In this document: piece by piece, positions 6,225 to 8,136 of the stretch
Numbering within the stretch: the first letter of the stretch is position 1
How the letters are laid out: every line of letters begins with the position of its first letter
NCBI GenBank assembly: GCA_964510585.1
Contig: CAZECW010000115.1
Coordinates: 1 to 8,136 of the forward strand
Length of the DNA: 8,136 bases
Source of the DNA: an uncultured archaeon
GTDB lineage: Archaea > Asgardarchaeota > Jordiarchaeia > Jordiarchaeales > Jordiarchaeaceae
Direction of reading: 5' to 3'
Position numbers and translations under genes: made by a program
Notes under the pieces: model-generated
The model's database searches: none
Seen by the model: the letters and a program-made list of their open reading frames with translations, nothing else
Told to the model about the DNA's origin: nothing

Positions 6225-7297
6225 ACCAGTTCCTAATCCCCCTTAACGAAATGTTCCTATTTTTGAACGGTCTATTTCTGACTGGTGTCCGCAGATTTAC
6301 TGTAAAGTCTCTCCTCCTGAACCAGGAGCTATTCCGCGTGACACTGAGCGGCGTCGGAGAAAAATCCGAGTTAACTGGATTAGTCGAAAATGAGACCTAC
6401 GAACAGCTGAGAAACAATTGCTGCGAAGTTATCGGTGAAATCCCCACCTACACAGATTATCTCAACGTGTTCCTTGCTTCTGGCATAAACAAGCCAAAAG
6501 ACTGGCCTCAGATAAAAGAGCGCATAGTTAAATTTTTGGACCGTGACCCCCTCCGCGGAGAGAGATCTGTTTTCATTTCCTTCGATACCAACGCGCTGAG
6601 AAGAAGGTACTACACCCTAATTTCAAATCTCCTAATCACGGAAAACGCCCGAAGGAGAGCCAGACCCCTGAGGGCGGGGTTTGCAGTCTCAACCGGAGTA
6701 AGGAATGAACTGGAACGTTTCGACGCCAAATACAGTGAGTCAGACGTTTCATCAATGAGCAGGATACTCGGAGTGCAACGCGAAATTCTCGACGAATTCT
6801 TCAACCAGCTAAAACTCGGAGCACGCCTATCCAAATTAGGCTACACAGAATACCTCAAAATACTCAAACAAGAATACACCGAAGAATTAGAAGGAAAACC
6901 CGGCGACATACAAATAATTGAAACTCTGGAAAGCTTCTCCAAGCGTAGAAACGTAGACATACTAGTTTTAAGCGAAGACTCCGACTTCATTCAAAGAGCA
7001 AACACAAGAAAACTAACGGGAATAAGACTCGACCGCCCAACAAATCCCCCCCAAAAAACAGAAACCAACTGGGAAGACATCGCCCAACTCCTCTACACCA
7101 CCGCCACAACCTACGGAGCCATAACCCTAACCGCAAAAACAAGCGCAAAAATCTACGGCATATGGAAAGGAAAAAAAGCAGAAAACTGGCAAACCGAATC
7201 ACTAAAAATAACCACAGACGACACCACACTACAAGAAATCCTAGAAAAAAACCAGAAAATACTCGAAAAACAAAAACACCAAAACAAAACCACATAA
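6221..7297 (+). CDS. PIN-domain protein (predicted RNase) with N- and C-terminal extensions, 358 aa
   Basis: PIN acidic tetrad is intact: ISFDTNAL (D122, nt 6584), VRNELE, PGDIQII, VLSEDSDF. The GTG start overlaps the TGA stop of the CARF gene (GTGA, 6221-6224). Confidence 0.82.
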   Translation: MNQFLIPLNEMFLFLNGLFLTGVRRFTVKSLLLNQELFRVTLSGVGEKSELTGLVENETYEQLRNNCCEVIGEIPTYTDYLNVFLASGINKPKDWPQIKERIVKFLDRDPLRGERSVFISFDTNALRRRYYTLISNLLITENARRRARPLRAGFAVSTGVRNELERFDAKYSESDVSSMSRILGVQREILDEFFNQLKLGARLSKLGYTEYLKILKQEYTEELEGKPGDIQIIETLESFSKRRNVDILVLSEDSDFIQRANTRKLTGIRLDRPTNPPQKTETNWEDIAQLLYTTATTYGAITLTAKTSAKIYGIWKGKKAENWQTESLKITTDDTTLQEILEKNQKILEKQKHQNKTT

Positions 7298-7390
7298 CAA
7301 CACGCAACAAAACACTGACTCCCAAACCTTGTCCCACCCCAACTTATTACACTCCAACAACCCCACCTATCCACACCCAAAACTATAACC
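7298..7390 (+). repeat. A/C-rich low-complexity 3' tail following the CARF-PIN operon
   Basis: Sequence such as CAACACGCAACAAAACAC...CCCACCCCAAC...CCACACCCAAAAC, nearly free of G. It continues the A/C bias of the gene's 3' end. Confidence 0.6.
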
Positions 7391-7879
7391 GAAAGAAGGC
7401 ATAAAAATTTTCTAGGCGCACCCTCCGATTTCTGAATAGTTGAACGCAGAGACCCCACAAAAAATGGCTTAACACTCAGTTGCGAAAGAAGCCATACCAA
7501 GGCCTCCTTCTAGCAAAGAATAATTTTATACATGGGAACAGGCTATTTTTTTGAGCCAAACTGATGCGCTCTCCACAAATTTGCAATAGAAACTAGGCTC
7601 AAAAATTGGAAATACGCAAATCTAAAAATTAAAAACCACCCGGGAAAATGTGAGGAGATTCTGTGGATTTCAAGTGGAGGGGAACCGAATCAGATTGGCG
7701 GAGTCAAAAGAGGGAGACTTTGTGATGCCGCCCTGATAATTGTTGGCTACTTTTTCAAATGGTCATCGGCATCTTTGGCGATTTTTTCTGGTTTCGGGGA
7801 AGCCCTCGGGTTTTTATAATAACTTTTTTGTTTAATAAATAGAATCTGAACACTACAAAGTTTCCACCTGAAATTTAGG

Positions 7880-8100
7880 AAAACCGAAAACATCAAAAAA
7901 ACAGGAAAAAACCCAAAAAAACAAACAAAAAAACATAAAACCCAAAAAACCACAAAGAAAAAAAATCAAAGAAAAAAACAAAAAACAAAAAACAAAAAAA
8001 CCAAAAACAATAAAAAAAGATTCTCCAACACCAAAACAACACAACACAGCAACCAAAAATCTCAAAAAAACCAAAAAAGACATAAAAAACCTTCCCCACT
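7880..8100. repeat. Extremely A/C-rich low-complexity non-coding tract (A-runs punctuated by C)
   Basis: Hand count for 7901-8020 gives only 8 G+T in 120 nt. Degenerate CAAAAAA units, with no exact periodic repeat. Confidence 0.75.
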
Positions 8101-8136
8101 ACTCGAACACATTTATAAAGAACACACATTTTACCC

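Noticed and set aside
3862..6561. Palindrome CTCCGCGGAG occurring twice (3862-3871 and 6551-6560; 13-bp inverted match)
   Set aside because: The second copy is inside PIN coding sequence, and about one 13-bp match is expected by chance in 8 kb.
7390..7496. 14-bp near-direct repeat CGAAAGAAG(G/C)CATA at 7390 and 7483
   Set aside because: Only two copies 93 nt apart, too short and too widely spaced for a CRISPR repeat.
7548..7605. 10-bp inverted repeat TTTTTGAGCC / GGCTCAAAAA
   Set aside because: Half of each arm is a homopolymer and there is no further support.
6987..8129. Phe/Val/Leu/Cys-rich minus-strand 'membrane protein' ORFs and the Thr/Lys/Pro-rich + ORF 7162..7404
   Set aside because: Artefacts of A/C low-complexity DNA, which lacks stop codons and translates as hydrophobic on the opposite strand.
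1..8136. CRISPR array
   Set aside because: Expected given the CARF genes, but I found no 24-40 bp repeat with regular spacing in any intergenic region.

Overview
Archaeal-looking defence island (TATA-like boxes, GGAGG/GGTGA-type RBSs, TTG/GTG starts) with all seven credible genes on the + strand. In order: (1) a CARF-wHTH protein with a C-terminal DUF2103-like domain, giving a Cami1-like architecture; (2) a divergent CARF-wHTH protein lacking the canonical RK motif; (3) a frameshifted, truncated remnant of an ADP-ribosylglycohydrolase gene that the ORF track misses; (4) a DIP1984-like coiled-coil protein; (5) a beta-class amino-DNA methyltransferase plus HNH endonuclease, a probable type II R-M pair; (6) a translationally coupled stand-alone CARF + PIN-nuclease pair. 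No cas10, cas1, CD-NTase or CRISPR array is visible in the window. Each transcription unit begins G+T-rich and ends A+C-rich, largely through synonymous codon choice, and the gradient resets between units but not between genes of an operon. Family assignments come from motif recognition by eye and are not database-verified.
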